DNA from: Polyangiaceae bacterium
GTDB lineage: Bacteria > Myxococcota_A > Polyangia > Polyangiales > Polyangiaceae
Reading direction: 5' to 3'
Length of the DNA: 64,000 nt
Assembly: GCA_044376115.1 (NCBI GenBank)
Contig: JBILLK010000014.1
Coordinates: forward strand, 32,001 to 96,000
The notes under the pieces are model-generated. The model made no database searches. It was not told the DNA's origin and worked only from the letters and a program-made list of their open reading frames with translations. Both the position numbers and the translations under genes were made by a program. Positions 19,876 to 29,052 of this stretch are shown in pieces. How positions within the stretch are numbered: the first letter of the stretch is position 1; the number at the start of each line of letters is the position of its first letter.

Positions 19876-21866
19876 ATGGACCACACTGATTTTTGGACCA
19901 AGCCCTCCTCGCTCCGCCTCGAGGTAGAAGGCGTGGCTGGACTCGACGTTCGTGAGTTCAGAATTGTCGACCGTCTCAACGAGCTCTTCAGCGTGGAACT
20001 CGTGGTCGTCTCAAAGGATGCAGCGTTGGACCTCGAGGCTCTCATTGGGCAAGGAGCCCGATTCACGATCGAGCTCGATGAGGCGAGCTACGGCCTTTCG
20101 CGACGCAACTTTCGCGGCTTGTTTCGGAGATGCATCACCTGCGAGCGGAAGAGCACGGTCTCTCCACCTACCAACTGACTGTCTCGCCCGAGTTCTGGCT
20201 GCTCACGCAGCGCTCGAACTGTCGCGTTTTTCAACAGATGACCGACATCGACATCGTCAAGACGCTCCTTGGTGAGTGGAACCTTCAAGTGGAGGACCGC
20301 TGCGCTTCCAGCTTCAAACCTCGGAAGTATCGCGTCCAATATCAAGAGACGGACTTCGCGTTCGTGAGCAGACTGCTCGAGTCAGCAGGTATTACTTATA
20401 CAGTTGAGTCGAGTGATAGCGGCGCGCAGGTGCTGCTGATGGATGCGCCGGAGCGCGGTGTAGAGCGGGCGGGTTCGCTCGAGCATCAGGACGCTCCGAT
20501 GGCTACGACGAGGTATGCAACCAAGATGCGCGCCTCACGCGCCGTTACCTCCGGCCATGTGTCGATAGCGGATCACGACCACCGCATGCCCAACGCGCCC
20601 CTTGTCAGCAGCGCAATCGCGAGCCAGCAATCAACCGAAGCCAGGCTAGAGAAGTTCATGTATTCCCCCGGCGCCTTCCGCTTCGGCGGGCCTGGGCCCA
20701 ATGACACGCCCACAGCAGACGATCGTGGCAGGACTCGCACCGATATGACCGAGGCGCGTAGAATAGCGAGTCAAGTCGCCGCCGCGTCGATGGCCCGCGC
20801 TCGACGCTACCAGTTTGAGTCAAACGCGCTCGACCTGTGGCCGGGCCTGCGGGTCACCGTTACCAATACCCCCATCGCTGAACGTGTCGGGCAACTGCTG
20901 ATTACCGGCACCACGATCACGGGCACGCATGACACTCACGGTATGGTGGTTGTGGAGGCCGCCACTGCGGCGGCCGCCTACAAGCCCGTGATGCGGACGC
21001 CGCGACCCGCTATTTACGGCATTGAGACCGCTACCGTTGTTGGGCCGGCTGGTGAAGAGCTCCACTGCGACGAATTCGGACGAGTGCGAGTGCAGTTCCA
21101 CTGGGACCGTTACGGCCGTATGGACGAGATGAGCTCCTGCTGGATCCCAGTCAACCAACCCTGGGCTGGCGGCGGACTGGGCGGCATCAATATTCCGCGC
21201 ATTGGACAGGAGGTAATGGTGAGCTTTCTGGGAGGCGATCCAGAAGAGCCGATGGTGGTTGGTAGAATGTTTACCAACTTGAACCGACCACCGTGGCCGC
21301 TCCCCGGGAACGTCAACCAAAATGGCTTCAAGAGCCGGACAATTGGCGGCTCGGCTGATCAGTTCAATATGTTTAGAACCGATGACACGCCCGGCCAGGA
21401 AGAGATGGCTGTCCAAGCCGAGAAGGACTTCAACAAGCTCGTCAAGAATGATGAGACCAAGAAGATCTTGCGGCACAAGGTTCAGGAAGTGGGAGGAGAC
21501 CGCAGGAATGCTATTGCCGGCAGTGATAGCGAGTCTGTAGACGGCAATCAGACCCAGTCGGTGCTCGGCGAACAGCTAAGTTCGGTCTTGGGCAACAAGA
21601 TGGCTAGCGTTTTGGGCGATCTCATATCGTCAGCAGGTGGTCAGCGGGTGCTTCAAACCGCCTTGGAGATGGCATCCAGCGCGCTCGCGCACCGGTTCAC
21701 CAGTGAGACGGGGACAACCCTATCGGTAGGCCAATCGATGATCCACATGACTCCGGACGCCATCGTGATCCAATCGCCGAAGATCTTGCTGAACCCGGGG
21801 GAAGAGATTGCACAGCAAGCGGTTCTGACTGGCCAGACACCGTCTCCGGCCGCCACCGCCTCATGA
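19876..21866 (+). pseudogene. vgrG: VgrG/TssI spike protein, split by a 1-nt frameshift at about 20121
   Basis: N-part LDVREFRIVDRLNELFSVEL in one frame. Remainder has RVQYQETDFAFVSRLLE, HCDEFGRVRVQFHWDR, PRIGQEVMVSFLGGDP and AEKD in the -1 frame. Confidence 0.85.
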
Positions 21867-22777
21867 AGCTCCTGCGCGCTACATTCCTGGGCATTCGAGG
21901 GCTACGTGATCTGACGATCGACTTCGCCGCGGGTGACTCTCATCCCCACCCTACCGTCCTGCTTTTTGGCGGACCTGCAAGCGGCAAGACGCGCATTCTT
22001 GAGGCGCTCTTGGCAGCAAAGGATGTCCTTGCACCGTACGGAGCGCCCACGCGTGGGGCGCCATGGGTCGGGCCAGGCAACTCAGCGGCAAAGGTAGAGC
22101 TCACCTTCGTCTTGGACGCGGAGGAGTGCGCTGATGCAGGCTTCACCGAGGCCACCGTAACCGCTGAAACCATCTTTACCGAGAAGCGCTGTCAAAGAGA
22201 GGCACCCGAAGGCCTCATCTCCCTGCTCCAGCGCTATGAGCATGATCCGCGGTTCGGCAAGTTTGAATACTTTCCGGCTAACCGCACACTTCCACCACCT
22301 GGGGTTGCTGCTGGCCTCTCCGCCGCAGAACAACGCTTGCTCCGAACAACCAGAGACCCGCGCAAATATAGCTTCGTACCGCGGCTAATTGCAGCCATGG
22401 CAGGCGCGCCGGAGCTGAGCCAACGCTTCGCTAGCACACTATCGAAGCTATGCCCGACCTTGCAGTTTCTGCCCGGGTCACCTGCAGATCCATTGCGTTG
22501 TTTCTCCAGCGGCGGCGGCGCCGCCTCGCTCCCGCACGAGCTTTGCGGAACGGAGACGGATGCATTGATTCTGGCTGCTACGGCGGTCCTCGTCCGACTC
22601 GACAGGTCGATACTATTCATCGACCGACCGGAACTTGGGACAGAGGATAAGGGGTTTGCCCAGTGGCTCGACGGGGTGCACGCCATGGCACCAAACGCCC
22701 AAGTCATCTTGGCGAGTTCGAGTACAACCTTAATGGCGAATCTTGAACCGCGCGCAGTCGTTCAATTAGGAGCCTGA
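21863..22777 (+). CDS. ABC/SMC-like AAA ATPase, degenerate
   Basis: IRGLRDLTIDF, Walker A GGPASGKT, ELCGTE signature-like, Walker B LFIDRPE, ILASSS without His. ATGA overlap with vgrG. Confidence 0.75.
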   Translation: MKLLRATFLGIRGLRDLTIDFAAGDSHPHPTVLLFGGPASGKTRILEALLAAKDVLAPYGAPTRGAPWVGPGNSAAKVELTFVLDAEECADAGFTEATVTAETIFTEKRCQREAPEGLISLLQRYEHDPRFGKFEYFPANRTLPPPGVAAGLSAAEQRLLRTTRDPRKYSFVPRLIAAMAGAPELSQRFASTLSKLCPTLQFLPGSPADPLRCFSSGGGAASLPHELCGTETDALILAATAVLVRLDRSILFIDRPELGTEDKGFAQWLDGVHAMAPNAQVILASSSTTLMANLEPRAVVQLGA

Positions 22778-22781
22778 CGCG

Positions 22782-23210
22782 ATGCCCGCTTACTATCTCA
22801 ATGAGGCGGCTTTCGACCTGCCCGACGGAGATGTCATCGACAACACCGTCCACACTTTGAGCGTTGGGCTCGAGTCGGGCGACGCCGTTGGCTTTGCGGT
22901 CGCACGTCGTCCTCTCGGCGACGACAAGCCCTTTCGTGAATTCGTAGACGAACATTTGCTACGCGAGCGCACGGCTCTACGTGGATACTCATCGGTACAT
23001 CTACGTGATGTCGAGCTGACGAACGCCTCGGCCATCGACTGCGCGGCGTTCTGGCGCGGCAGCGACGGAACGATGGTGTACCAACGCCAGTGCCACCTTC
23101 CTGCCAATGGGGTCTGGCTAATCCTCAATGCCACCGTTGCAGCGGCAGCGCGCGAGGGCTGTGACGCATTCTTTGACAACGTCCTCGCGAGCCTTCGGCT
23201 CCGCGAGTAG
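22782..23210 (+). CDS. DcrB/DUF1795-family T6SS adaptor
   Basis: YYLNEAAFDLP...DNTVHTL...VYQRQ...FDNVLASLRLR pattern; located between vgrG and a PAAR effector. Confidence 0.8.
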   Translation: MPAYYLNEAAFDLPDGDVIDNTVHTLSVGLESGDAVGFAVARRPLGDDKPFREFVDEHLLRERTALRGYSSVHLRDVELTNASAIDCAAFWRGSDGTMVYQRQCHLPANGVWLILNATVAAAAREGCDAFFDNVLASLRLRE

Positions 23211-23263
23211 TCCTCGATTCACCCACCTTTGACCGCTCTGAATTCTCACCTGTCGAGGCGTCC

Positions 23264-24841
23264 ATGACTGCTGCGTATGAATATGCTGCTGCAACCTGTG
23301 TCGATGGCCTCACTTCAGCCAAGGCCGAGGAACTCTCACTTGCCAAGATGCGACGCCGACGTCGCGAAGCCGGCGAGAAGGAGCTAATCGGCAAGCTGGG
23401 AAAAAAGCCGAGCAAGGACGCAGTAGCGGCCGCCAAAGCTCAAGCCGCCCAAGAGGCCTCACAACTGACCATCAACGATTGGCGGCGTTCCGTCGTTGAT
23501 AAGCTCGGTAGCGCACAAGAGGGGGACTACGCGGGCTACTCAACTGGCACGGGAAAGAACCGCTCCAAGGTGACCCTAACAGAGGGACAAGCCAACGCGA
23601 TGCACGCTGCATCCAAGGCGCTTGGGCCCGACAAGTCCGGCAACCTCAAATGGCAATCAGCAGCGCAGCTCGAGCAGCTACTCAACGGCACGCTGCCGGG
23701 GGCCGCGAACGAATTCACTGCCGACAAGTACAGCTCGCGACGCCGCCCGATGTTTGGATATCTCGGGACGAAGGGTCTTATCTACGATCCCGACTGGCAG
23801 CCCGAGACCAGCGTTTCCTATGTCCAGACCACCAAGGCTGCGGACGGCACGGTGGTAAAGAAGAAGTATTATCCCGATCCTTTGACTGTGCCCTATGTCG
23901 TCCACCGACCGGGCATCTTCACACCGACATTTGGCTCCTTCGTCAAGGTGACCAACCCTGCGGAGGGCGGAGGAACCACCTATGCGCGTGTGCTCGAGGG
24001 AGGGCCCACAGGGAAGCACGGAGCCGAAGCGTCGCTCAAAGCACTTGAGGCAATTGCGGCGCCCGGGCAGTCGGTGAGCCCAACCGGGACGGACATCGGC
24101 GACATAACCTTCAAGCCGATTGGGCGCCCACCCGCCTATGCGGGCGGCTACAAAGTTGGCGTGGACGACCTCAACAATGAGGAGATTCAACTCGCAGGCT
24201 GGTTGATAGACAAGAAGGGCGTCAACCACATAGGTACGCACGACCAGCTCAAGGATGCCATCGCCAAGGTAGGCAAAGAGGCTGAGGACAAAGCCAAGGC
24301 GTTGGGGCTTGATCCCAAGAATCCAGGGAAAAAGGCTACGACTGAAGCGCCGCCGGCCACGCCTCCCCCGCCCGCCGGTGCTGGGCCGCTGCTCCTGACC
24401 GGTTTTCCAACCGTCGCCATCGGGCCTGAACTCAACTGTGCTGGCTACGCTGATGCCGCCTGCGAACATGAAGCTGGCGGCTCCGTTGCGGAGGGCGCGT
24501 GGGGTATCTTCGTTGGGGAGAGCCCGTTGGCTCGTGTCGGCGACAAGACCACCGATCAGCTCAACGTAAAGACGGGAAATCCGGAGGTTCAGGTTTTTGG
24601 CCCTCCCTCCAGCGCCAAGCTCCAGAAAGAGGCGCCCGTTCCCAAGGCGGTCCCGCTCGAAGTGCTACGGCGTGGCGAGAGCAGCGAGATGGTGAAGCTC
24701 GTGCAACGGAAACTTGGGGTTTCGCCGACCGGACTATTTGGGTCGAAGACACAAGCGGCAGTGCGCGCCTTCCAAAAGGCGAATAACCTGCGTGTCGACG
24801 GCGTCGTGGGAGAGAAGACCTGGGGCGCACTTCTGAGGTAG
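23264..24841 (+). CDS. Putative spike effector: GH75/DPBB-like domain + PAAR-like domain + peptidoglycan-binding domain
   Basis: QPETS...DPLTVPYVV...FGSFVKVTN...YARVLEGGP...AEAS (~23780-24125); VAEGAWGIFVGESPLARVGDKT...TGNPEV (~24383-24600); LRRGE...VQRKL...AVRAFQKANNLRVDGVVGEKTW (~24665-24838). Confidence 0.75.
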   Translation: MTAAYEYAAATCVDGLTSAKAEELSLAKMRRRRREAGEKELIGKLGKKPSKDAVAAAKAQAAQEASQLTINDWRRSVVDKLGSAQEGDYAGYSTGTGKNRSKVTLTEGQANAMHAASKALGPDKSGNLKWQSAAQLEQLLNGTLPGAANEFTADKYSSRRRPMFGYLGTKGLIYDPDWQPETSVSYVQTTKAADGTVVKKKYYPDPLTVPYVVHRPGIFTPTFGSFVKVTNPAEGGGTTYARVLEGGPTGKHGAEASLKALEAIAAPGQSVSPTGTDIGDITFKPIGRPPAYAGGYKVGVDDLNNEEIQLAGWLIDKKGVNHIGTHDQLKDAIAKVGKEAEDKAKALGLDPKNPGKKATTEAPPATPPPPAGAGPLLLTGFPTVAIGPELNCAGYADAACEHEAGGSVAEGAWGIFVGESPLARVGDKTTDQLNVKTGNPEVQVFGPPSSAKLQKEAPVPKAVPLEVLRRGESSEMVKLVQRKLGVSPTGLFGSKTQAAVRAFQKANNLRVDGVVGEKTWGALLR

Positions 24842-24852
24842 TCGAGGAGCCG

Positions 24853-27414
24853 GTGAGTGAAGGTCGAGATAGCCGCCCAGTGTCGAGTCGCGGAGAAGCC
24901 GTCGAGATTCGCGGGCATGCCCCCTTCGATGCAGCCGTGGTTGTCTGGCAACGACGAGGCGAAACAGTCGCTACCGTCATTGCCAAGGCGACGTACGCGC
25001 TCGAGCCCGAGGTGTGTCCGCTCTTAGAAGAGCCGGACGCCATCCAGCGGATCGACGAGACGTGGGACGACCAAACAGGGAGGAGCGTAAGAGTCCCCTC
25101 CGATTTGGCTCCTATCAAGTGCGGCTACGACGTCCTCGTCGTAGGCCACGCTCACGCTCCGAAGGCTGCGACGCGTGTGCTCGTGCGGCTCGTCATCAGC
25201 TCAATCGACAAGAGCGTTGAGGCGCGTGTTCCGTGCCGCGTGTCCGCAGATGGAAAAGTTGAAGCCGGCCCGCCGCTGTTACGATTTCCACTGCGCTATG
25301 AGGTGGCTCCACTCACAGCGGCCAATCCAGTTGGCATCGATCCGAGGGTCTACGACAAGGTCGCTGGTAACTACCGCTTGCCGCAACTGCTGCCTCCCGA
25401 CCTCGCGGTCAAACCGGGCCAAGAGCTGCCTTTTGTTGGGCTAGGCCCGATTGCACCTACCTGGCCGACCCGCGATAGCCTGTTGCGAACGGAGGACAGA
25501 GAGTGGCTGCAGGCTATGTCGCATAAGCCGCAGCCGAACGGATTTGATCCCAACTACTTTACAGTTGCCCCGCTCGACCAACGCGCTGACGCACCCTTCC
25601 GCGCCGATGAACGATTGGTGCTTGAGTGCCTTCATCCGCAGTATCCTCGACTGACAACCACACTTACAGCCGCGACTCCCATGCTGACGTCTTCCCTCGG
25701 GGGAGCGTTGCCAGAGCTCGTTGCGGACACCCTGCTGATTGATTCGGATCGCGGAATTGTAACGCTCACCTGGCGTGCCCAGCTCGCGATCGACCTTCGT
25801 CGACAAACGCGAATCGCGGTTCGGCCGCGTGGCAATAGTTGGGTCAACAAGAGGAGCGCGGCCATCTCTGCTCAGTCGTTCGCTCAAGCAGAAACGCACG
25901 ATGGCGAAGGGGAAACATTACTGGAGGCGCTCAACACAACGAGCGCGGATGGCAACCCTGACCTCGCTGCCGTGTTGCCTTTCCTCACTCGCGCACCGAG
26001 TGCTCCGCGGCAAAGCGGGCTGCCAGAGGCCGGCCTTCCGTTCCGTTCGGCTCCACCTGCGCCGCCAAGCAACCATCGCACTGTGCCGCCGCCTCCACCA
26101 TCGATTGCGGCTACTTCGTCCCGAACGCCAGGTGCAACCGTCGCTAGTGCAACGCTGTCCGCACCGCCTTCGGTCCTGCCGAAGCCATCGGCGGTTGGTG
26201 TGCCGCTTCAACCACCGCCCATTGCCGCGCCTCTGCTGCAGGCCCCAGCTTCTGTTCCGCCTCAGTCGCTGCCTATCCCGCAACAAGCTGCGCCTCCGCT
26301 ACCGCCCCCCCCACCGGCTCCTCCGCCGCAGCCGCTGGGGACTCAGCTTCATCCACCGCTGACTCGTCCCCCGCCGCCAATCGTTCAGCAAGCGCCGATG
26401 CCGACGCCTGGCCCGAGCAACAGCGCTCCGCAGGCGAGCCCTCCGCTACGCGCTACCTTTCAAGCCCTCGAGAGCCCGCGACGCGAGGCGACGGAACCTG
26501 CGCCCTTTGGAGCTGCATTCCCGAGCCGCTCAAAACCGGCGATGATTCCGAGCGCCAAATCAGCCTCCGACGGAGCAGCTGATAGGCGCCCGGATACCAA
26601 GTTAGCCGACAAGGACGCCAAGACGGAAACATCCGTCAGGCGCTGCTTGGTGGATCTACTGTGGCACGATGCGCAACTTCCCCGGCGGCTCCGCAGGGGC
26701 AAGAGCTTTACCCAAGTACTGGCCGACTTCTCGCCACCCAAGGGGCACAGAAGACTGGACGAGGCTGAAGCGGACCGCGACCGAGAGGATCGCGCCAAGC
26801 TGGATGTTCTGCGCGTCTTGTCGTGCGGGGAGCCAGCGCGAATCAGTGACCTGAGCAGCTTGGCGGACGAGCAGATGGAGGACGCCAACGATCTCGAGAT
26901 CCCAGTTTTTCTGGTTAGCGGGGAGCTTCGTCCAAGTTTTGATGAACTGGCGGCGCTCAAAGCGGCCGTTCGAATCTCTCAGCCTTTGGCGGCAAACGAT
27001 AAACGACTGCTCTCCGTGCTCGCCGTGGCCAATGAAGTGTTGGCTGGGAGTAGCCCGCCCAGCAGCGAAACGACATCATCGCTGCTCAAGCAAATCGAAT
27101 CAGCTACGACGGGCCTCAATCTTCCCGCTCGGTACGTCGCCGACAGCGTGGAGAAGTCACTGCTGGAAACCCGCGCCTACAGGAAACGTGGCATCCTTGG
27201 CGAATCTCGCATTCGCTGTGATCTGCTGGTTCCGAGCGCTACAGCCTGGCCCTGCTACGTGATTGAAGAAGTTGCTCAGAAACTCCCACTGCTACCTTCG
27301 TTTCCAATCGTGGCCCTGGTTGAAGTTAGGCCGCGCGAAGACGCTAGTGAAGCCCACTCGGAGTCGCTGCTCGTGGTCGCCCTCGGGAGAGTGCTGCGTA
27401 GAAGTCGCTTGTAA
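24853..27414 (+). CDS. DUF2169-domain T6SS adaptor with Pro-rich linker and unknown C-terminal domain
   Basis: TVIAKATY, PSDLAPIK..DVLVVGHA, NPVG, GLGPIAPTWP.R, YFTVAPLDQ, DTLLID...LTWR. Confidence 0.85.
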   Translation: MSEGRDSRPVSSRGEAVEIRGHAPFDAAVVVWQRRGETVATVIAKATYALEPEVCPLLEEPDAIQRIDETWDDQTGRSVRVPSDLAPIKCGYDVLVVGHAHAPKAATRVLVRLVISSIDKSVEARVPCRVSADGKVEAGPPLLRFPLRYEVAPLTAANPVGIDPRVYDKVAGNYRLPQLLPPDLAVKPGQELPFVGLGPIAPTWPTRDSLLRTEDREWLQAMSHKPQPNGFDPNYFTVAPLDQRADAPFRADERLVLECLHPQYPRLTTTLTAATPMLTSSLGGALPELVADTLLIDSDRGIVTLTWRAQLAIDLRRQTRIAVRPRGNSWVNKRSAAISAQSFAQAETHDGEGETLLEALNTTSADGNPDLAAVLPFLTRAPSAPRQSGLPEAGLPFRSAPPAPPSNHRTVPPPPPSIAATSSRTPGATVASATLSAPPSVLPKPSAVGVPLQPPPIAAPLLQAPASVPPQSLPIPQQAAPPLPPPPPAPPPQPLGTQLHPPLTRPPPPIVQQAPMPTPGPSNSAPQASPPLRATFQALESPRREATEPAPFGAAFPSRSKPAMIPSAKSASDGAADRRPDTKLADKDAKTETSVRRCLVDLLWHDAQLPRRLRRGKSFTQVLADFSPPKGHRRLDEAEADRDREDRAKLDVLRVLSCGEPARISDLSSLADEQMEDANDLEIPVFLVSGELRPSFDELAALKAAVRISQPLAANDKRLLSVLAVANEVLAGSSPPSSETTSSLLKQIESATTGLNLPARYVADSVEKSLLETRAYRKRGILGESRIRCDLLVPSATAWPCYVIEEVAQKLPLLPSFPIVALVEVRPREDASEAHSESLLVVALGRVLRRSRL

Positions 27415-27422
27415 GAAGCAGG

Positions 27423-28502
27423 CTAGGGTCCGACTAGGTGGGCATCCGTTCCCACCAAAGTCCCAGAAGCGATTTCCACTTCTTCGCCGGCTAGGTCAAC
27501 GCCGAAGAGCGCTGCCTCCTGAGGCCCCATACGTCGATAGACAACTCGCCACTCAGCGCCCGCTTCTCCAACTGGATGCGCAAAGTTCAATTGGACAGTC
27601 TTGGGTTCGCCATTGGCAGGTACCCGCGAATCCCCCACCTGAATGCGGAGCATTGCCTGGTCCTTCCTCTGCATTCGAAACTCGCGAGCGAGCACCACTG
27701 GCTCCAGAGACTCCTTTGACTCTCCCAGCGCCCGAGCCTGGACCTCGAGACGACGAAACATATCGCCGGTGGGCACCGCGTGGCCTACGAATGCCGAAGT
27801 ACGCAAGGAAACCTCGAGCGAGCGCGGCGACGTCAGCCTCGCGCTGACTTCTAGCGAGGACCTCAAGCGCGCAGGGTCTCCATGCACTTGAAAGCGATGA
27901 CTCCGGCGAGTCGGATCCTGTCCAGGCGAAGCCATGTGGCAGTCTTGGCATGAGCTATCGCGTTGGGGAGATTGTTCATGCTCGCGCGCGGTGTCCTGCA
28001 TTGAAGCGTCCTGAGGGATCGGAAACTCGAACTGATGGCAACTCTCGCAGGCACTGGCACTTGCGAACTGCGCCGAGCCAACCACGGCGTGCCCTCCCGC
28101 ACGGGCCTCGAGGTCCCGCACTCCAAGAATGTGCTCCCCCTCGAGATGGCACGTCACACAGCCAACACCAAGAAAGCGGGCCGGGTCATTCGAGTTCGAG
28201 ATATCGGCCATGGGCGCATGGCATCCACGACAGAACGGTAAGGGCTCAATTGCATAAGCCCCCAGAAACACTGGGTCGGTCCAAGCCTGTTGATGCAAGG
28301 ACCCTCGCCACTCTTCAGCAACTGCCGTGTGGCAGCGCTCGCACTCCGCGTTGAGCTCTGTAGCACCAAGCTTGCGAGCGGAGGGTTCGTCGACTGAAGC
28401 AGCCGTGGCTTTAGCGTGGGTCACTGGCTGCTCGAGCCGGAGTGGTTCGGCTGAGCACGACCCGATCAGTCCAAGCAGCGGCACGCCTACGCGAAAAGTC
28501 AC
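27423..28502 (-). CDS. Pentaheme c-type cytochrome lipoprotein (cytochrome c554-like)
   Basis: Five CxxCH motifs (CERCH, CRGCH, CVTCH, CESCH, CQDCH), EWRGSLH, GHAVPTG, lipobox-like LIGSC. Confidence 0.88.
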   Translation of the reverse strand: MTFRVGVPLLGLIGSCSAEPLRLEQPVTHAKATAASVDEPSARKLGATELNAECERCHTAVAEEWRGSLHQQAWTDPVFLGAYAIEPLPFCRGCHAPMADISNSNDPARFLGVGCVTCHLEGEHILGVRDLEARAGGHAVVGSAQFASASACESCHQFEFPIPQDASMQDTAREHEQSPQRDSSCQDCHMASPGQDPTRRSHRFQVHGDPARLRSSLEVSARLTSPRSLEVSLRTSAFVGHAVPTGDMFRRLEVQARALGESKESLEPVVLAREFRMQRKDQAMLRIQVGDSRVPANGEPKTVQLNFAHPVGEAGAEWRVVYRRMGPQEAALFGVDLAGEEVEIASGTLVGTDAHLVGP

Positions 28503-28608
28503 CGGCGAAGCCTAGCGGATCTCGCTCGGGATGTGCTGACCCACGCCTCCTTCGCCCCAAACCATCAGGCCTAGGCAACGCTTCGCGATACGCTTAGAGA
28601 TCGCTGTG

Positions 28609-28947
28609 ATGGACCGACGTACGTTCGCTCACTGCCTTGCTGCGCTGAGTCTCATTGGCTGCGAGCGGCCCGATGATGACTTGTCAGCAGCTGCACCCGT
28701 GGATCCTAACTTTACGGAGTGCACAGGCTGAGGGACCAAGCCCCCCGCCGGTTCGGCGGTACGTTCTCAGCCCGGCGCAAGCCCTGGAGATGCGGCCTAT
28801 TGCCCAATAAGCGGGGCCCCATTTCTCGTAGAGGAGCATAGTCCGAAGCGCGTCCACGGCAACGCCACACTCTATTTTTGCTGCGCCTCTTGCGTTAACT
28901 ACTACGACAAGAACGTCGAAAAAGTCGTCGCGCTTCGCCGCTACTGA
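28609..28947 (+). CDS. Putative selenoprotein: lipoprotein with CxxU motif and YHS/TRASH domain (112 aa, Sec41)
   Basis: MDRRTFAHCLAALSLIGC...NFTECTG-TGA(28729-28731)-GTKPP...YCPISGAPF...LYFCCASCVNYYDKN...RRY*. Frame stays open after the TGA and a SECIS-like hairpin follows. Confidence 0.75.
28726..28772 (+). promoter_or_regulatory. Bacterial SECIS-like stem-loop
   Basis: Upper stem CCGCCG-GTT-CGGCGG (28745-28759), with the loop starting G about 19 nt after the UGA. Lower stem GGCUGAGGGAC (28726-28736) pairs with GUUCUCAGCC (28763-28772). Confidence 0.7.
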
Positions 28948-29052
28948 AGAATCGATCGCACAGACACTCTAGCGAGGCCATTCGGCTTCGCGACCTCGCC
29001 GAGAGTGAGCTCGACTCGACACTTGCTCCGTGCGTGCCATGATGGCGCGGAA

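Noticed and set aside
20105..20132. Programmed -1 frameshift in vgrG
   Set aside because: No X-XXY-YYZ slippery site is evident; an indel is simpler.
21863..23210. ATPase plus small gene as an anti-phage or TA pair
   Set aside because: The small gene looks like a DUF1795 adaptor, and no nuclease or TOPRIM partner is present.
28729..28731. TGA as a plain nonsense mutation or true stop
   Set aside because: Not excluded, since the window has two other lesions. It is disfavoured because the codon falls in a CxxU position with a correctly placed SECIS-like hairpin and an intact downstream domain.
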